64,000 nt of DNA, taken from NCBI GenBank assembly GCA_937927735.1, contig CALBRZ010000002.1:37800-101799 (forward strand), read 5' to 3'. A model generated the notes under the pieces. It had not been told where the DNA came from. It did no database searches and saw only the letters and a list, made by a program, of their open reading frames with translations. Source of the stretch: an uncultured Planctomycetales bacterium (lineage in GTDB: Bacteria; Planctomycetota; Planctomycetia; Pirellulales; S012-138). A program made the translations under genes and the position numbers. Shown piece after piece: positions 60,954 through 64,000 of the stretch. Positions within the stretch are counted from its first letter, which is position 1. The number at the start of each line of letters is the position of its first letter.

Positions 60954-63245
60954 CTAGGTTTGGGCCGCCGCCGGATTGTCATCGTTCTTGTAGAAGTACT
61001 TGCGGACCAGTTCTTCAGGCGGCTTGGGCGTGATCAGGCTCACGACCCACACCGTCAGGAACGAAGCGGCCAGCCCCACCAGCACCGGGTCGAAGCCCAG
61101 CAGCCAGATCGGCCGCGAGAGCGAGCCGTTGATGAAGTAGCCGAGAACATACATGGCCAGGTGGGTACCAAAGCCTGCCAGCATGCCCAGGATGGCGCCC
61201 TGCTTGGTCGTCCGCGGCCAGTAGATGGCAAAGAAGATCGGGCCGAGGAAGCAGGCTGCCACGCCGCTACCGCAGTATACGATGATGTTCTGCAAGAACT
61301 CCGGCGGATTGATCGCGCCCACGGCGGCCCCGGTGCCCACCAGCAGCGTGGCCAGGTAGCTCAGCCGCTTGATGGTTTTCTCCGAAGCATTGGGATTGAT
61401 GTTCCGCTGGTAGACGTCGCGCACCAGGGCCGACGAGGTCAGCAGCAGGAAGCTGTCCACCGTGGACATCACCGCCGCGAACGGGGCCGCCAGCAGAATG
61501 CCAGCCAGCCAGCCGTGACCGATCTGGTGCGTGAGGAACACGGCCGCATCGGGCATGATCTGGTCGGCGCTGCCTTCCATGCCGGGCAGCAGCACCCGGG
61601 CACAAACGAAGATCACCACCAGCGGGAAGTAAATCAGGCTGTAATAGATCGCCACGGTGAAGATCGACCGCCGCAGCGTGATCGAGTTCTTGAACGCCAT
61701 CAGCCGAACCATGCTCGCCGGCTGGCCGGCGCCGGAAATCGCCCACATGAAGAAGAACGACACCGCCAGGCTGAGCGGCAGAAAGCCCAGCACCTCGGTG
61801 CTGTGCGGGCCGGGCCCGCTGACGTAGTGCCCCTTCTCGTGGGCGCCCGTAACGTAATCGCGCATTTGCGGCTGGCTGACCACGAACGGGTAGTTCAGCA
61901 ACAGCGGGTTCTCGTGAAACCGCTCCTTTGACTCCAGTGCCGCGATCCGCTCGTTGAGGTGTTCTTTGCGGCGCAGCAGTTGTTCCCGCTGCTCATTGGC
62001 CGAGGAATCCAGGGCAGCCAGGTCGTTGTCGACATCGACCAATTGAGCCTGGGCTGCCCGCAGCGCGTGATCGCGCTGCTTTTCAAGCTGATCGACAATC
62101 TGCGCGGGCGTGGTCAACTCCACGGCGTCGATGGCCGCCTCGATCAGTTGGCCTTCGCCGTTGCGGGCTCGCGGCGCCGTCTGGCCCTGCGCGATCACTG
62201 ACTGGTGGACCACGCGGAACAGCCGGTAGGGCGGGCCTTGCTTGATTTCGTCATCGCGCTTTTCGAGGGCCTGCTCCAGCCGCTGGTATTGTCCTTGCGT
62301 GAGTTCGCCCCGTTGCAGGGCCTGGGCCAGACGCTGTTGTTCCGGGCCTTTCCACTGCTGGAACTCATCCAGGTAACGATCCGATGGCATCACCAGCCAC
62401 GTACCGGCCGGGATCACCATGGCATTCTTGGCGGGCTCGGTCAGCGCCACCTTGATGGTGCCGGTGCGCGGTGGCGTCATCTCGGCCAGTTGACGCGAGG
62501 CGGACTCGAGCCCACCGGCTTGCGAGATGGCCAGCGGGAGCATGATCAGCACGCCGGCGACCATCACAAAGCCTTGCAGCACGTCGGTCCACACCACGGC
62601 GTGAAAACCGCCGTACGTGGTGTACACAATCACCGAGACGGCAAACAGCAGCAGGCAGACCAGGTACTGCGAATTGACGCCTTCAAACAGCGGGATGGTC
62701 GCCAGCGACTGGAAGATCTCCACATCGCGCAGCAGCGACTGCAGAATCACCGCCCCGGCTTTGAACTGCGCCACCAGGTTGACCGTCATGAAGAAGATGA
62801 TCAACGACATCGACAACACGCCCAGCCCGGGACTGTGGAACCGGTCGCGGGCGACGTCGGGCACGGTGATGGAGCCGGAGATGCGGGCAACGTGATTGAG
62901 CCGTTTGCCCAACAGGCCCATGGCGCAGATCGGCACCACCATGTAACTGGCGATCCACAGCGCCACGATCCAGCCGTAGGTGTAGACCAGCGACGGAAAG
63001 CCGGTGAAGCTGCCGCCCGAGGCACTGGTGGCGGCGAACGTCAGGGCAAAGGCCCACATGCCCAGCCCTCGGCTGCCCAGGAAGTACTCGCTGACAAAGC
63101 TGCGGCTTTGCAGCAGCTTGTTGGAGAAGCCGGCGACGACAAACACGGCCGCGGTGTACAGGACGAACGTATACAGCGCGGCGTTGGAGGTGGTTTGCGC
63201 GAACAGCGGTACCAGCGAGGGGAAAAGCAAGACGGATTCACTCAT
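60954..63245 (-). CDS. panF: PanF-like sodium:solute symporter (SSF) with a roughly 200-aa coiled-coil-rich insertion
   Basis: SEYFLGSRGLGMWAFALTFAATSASGGSFTGFPSLVYTYGW and LAAPFAAVMSTVDSFLLLTSSALVRDVYQRNI align by eye with E. coli PanF (NEYFLGSRSMGG..., AAPMAAIMSTINAQLLQSSATIIKDLY). It is preceded by a YhdT-like gene with an ATGA overlap. The substrate is not established. Confidence 0.75.
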   Translation of the reverse strand: MSESVLLFPSLVPLFAQTTSNAALYTFVLYTAAVFVVAGFSNKLLQSRSFVSEYFLGSRGLGMWAFALTFAATSASGGSFTGFPSLVYTYGWIVALWIASYMVVPICAMGLLGKRLNHVARISGSITVPDVARDRFHSPGLGVLSMSLIIFFMTVNLVAQFKAGAVILQSLLRDVEIFQSLATIPLFEGVNSQYLVCLLLFAVSVIVYTTYGGFHAVVWTDVLQGFVMVAGVLIMLPLAISQAGGLESASRQLAEMTPPRTGTIKVALTEPAKNAMVIPAGTWLVMPSDRYLDEFQQWKGPEQQRLAQALQRGELTQGQYQRLEQALEKRDDEIKQGPPYRLFRVVHQSVIAQGQTAPRARNGEGQLIEAAIDAVELTTPAQIVDQLEKQRDHALRAAQAQLVDVDNDLAALDSSANEQREQLLRRKEHLNERIAALESKERFHENPLLLNYPFVVSQPQMRDYVTGAHEKGHYVSGPGPHSTEVLGFLPLSLAVSFFFMWAISGAGQPASMVRLMAFKNSITLRRSIFTVAIYYSLIYFPLVVIFVCARVLLPGMEGSADQIMPDAAVFLTHQIGHGWLAGILLAAPFAAVMSTVDSFLLLTSSALVRDVYQRNINPNASEKTIKRLSYLATLLVGTGAAVGAINPPEFLQNIIVYCGSGVAACFLGPIFFAIYWPRTTKQGAILGMLAGFGTHLAMYVLGYFINGSLSRPIWLLGFDPVLVGLAASFLTVWVVSLITPKPPEELVRKYFYKNDDNPAAAQT

Positions 63246-63610
63246 CGGCCCTGCTCCTCACGTGCTTGCATTTCGGCGATCTCTTCCGCGAGGTCGGCGC
63301 CTTCATGGGGCGGGCCCAGGTCATCGTCCTTCATAAAAAAGAAGCAAAAGAAGGTCGTGACGACGTTGGCCGCGATCCAGGGCACGACCACGCCCCAGAA
63401 CACCCACGAGGGCAGGCCCAGCACCGTCTCCAGCTTGTCCGGGCCGAAATCCTCGGCCTGATTGGGGTAGCCGTAGAGATAGCAATAGGGCACGGTCCAC
63501 AGCAGCGCGCCGAGGTACACCAGCACAATGAACACCATCTCGCGGCGTCCATGCAGGAATACCGGATGGTACTCCGGCTTCGCTGCGCGATCGTTCTTGG
63601 TCACAGACAT
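63242..63610 (-). CDS. YhdT-like (DUF997) small membrane protein, partner of the PanF-type symporter
   Basis: 122 aa with two TM helices (MVFIVLVYLGALLWTVPY; WVFWGVVVPWIAANVVTTFFCFFFM). Its position immediately upstream of, and overlapping, the panF-like gene mirrors the E. coli yhdT-panF arrangement. Confidence 0.65.
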   Translation of the reverse strand: MSVTKNDRAAKPEYHPVFLHGRREMVFIVLVYLGALLWTVPYCYLYGYPNQAEDFGPDKLETVLGLPSWVFWGVVVPWIAANVVTTFFCFFFMKDDDLGPPHEGADLAEEIAEMQAREEQGR

Positions 63611-64000
63611 AAGGCAAACTTGGGAACGAGGAACAAAACGGTCACCCTACCGGGCAGGGGCGCAGCGATCGTGGGCGACATTCTAGTGGCTCAGAAGTTG
63701 GCATGCAAAAGAAACGCTGCATGCGTTCGACCCAAGTGCGACAAAATGAATGGGTTACACCAACTGGGCATTCACCCGACTTGCGGGGTTACCCTAAGTG
63801 AGGCGCCGGGGGAACCCAAAGAATGCTGCGCGGGAGGCGGGCTGATCCGTGAGAAGCCTCGCTGCCAACCGCGTTTGGCACGTTGCCCGCTAAGCAGCGC
63901 TGGTGCAGCGCCATAGGCCGCTCCCGTGGTAGCGAGGGCGGTACCGTATGCATCGCGCGGCGCGGGCATCACCCCAGAAGGTCGTGGCCAGGCATTGACG

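Noticed and set aside
63611-64000. 390-nt non-coding stretch at the window edge, with a gcatgc...gcatgc palindrome and GC-rich stems. Considered as RNase P RNA, SRP RNA, tmRNA or a cobalamin or TPP riboswitch.
   Set aside because: None of the signature blocks I know for these RNAs is present. The region also runs off the window edge, so its context is unknown.
1-64000. Looked for mobile elements, prophage, toxin-antitoxin pairs, restriction-modification or known defence genes, reverse transcriptases and integrases.
   Set aside because: No ORF shows the corresponding motifs. Gene content and uniform composition indicate core chromosome rather than an accessory island.

Overview
GC-rich chromosomal segment that reads as core genome of a Planctomycetota bacterium, probably Pirellulales-like. 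The taxon call is an inference from a DUF1559 prepilin-type protein, a DUF1571-like protein and an FhcC/FwdC homologue. I support about 48 protein-coding genes, densely packed on both strands. Housekeeping genes are hisS, truB, gltX, glnS, cmk, purH, hisH and moeA. There is a modABC operon with an XRE/PBP-type regulator, and several transporters: two sodium:solute symporters, an RND/MMPL exporter, an ABC-2 exporter and an outer-membrane beta-barrel. Several secreted hydrolases are also present.

I found no rRNA, tRNA, CRISPR array, integrase, transposase or prophage gene. Many long ORFs in the supplied track are antisense or off-frame artefacts of the high GC content and were discarded.

The best candidate for an uncharacterised system is a seven-gene, same-strand, membrane-associated cluster at 30476-38708: RDD protein, SpoIIM-like protein, polytopic membrane protein, DUF4129, DUF4350, MoxR AAA+ ATPase and DUF58. 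It has no VWA partner, and its MoxR carries an unusual N-terminal zinc ribbon plus a Pro/Gln/Gly-rich linker.

Other points worth a second look:
- a roughly 110-nt repeat, in the same orientation, in the leaders of both gltX and glnS
- an ABC-2 exporter operon with a very large extracytoplasmic insertion and an uncharacterised 589-aa partner
- a PanF-like symporter with a roughly 200-aa coiled-coil insertion
- an RND exporter with a PDZ-like insertion
- a 1108-aa beta-propeller/LmbE-like/CBM9-like fusion protein
- a DUF1559 gene interrupted by two compensating frameshifts

All family assignments come from motif recognition by eye, not from database searches.
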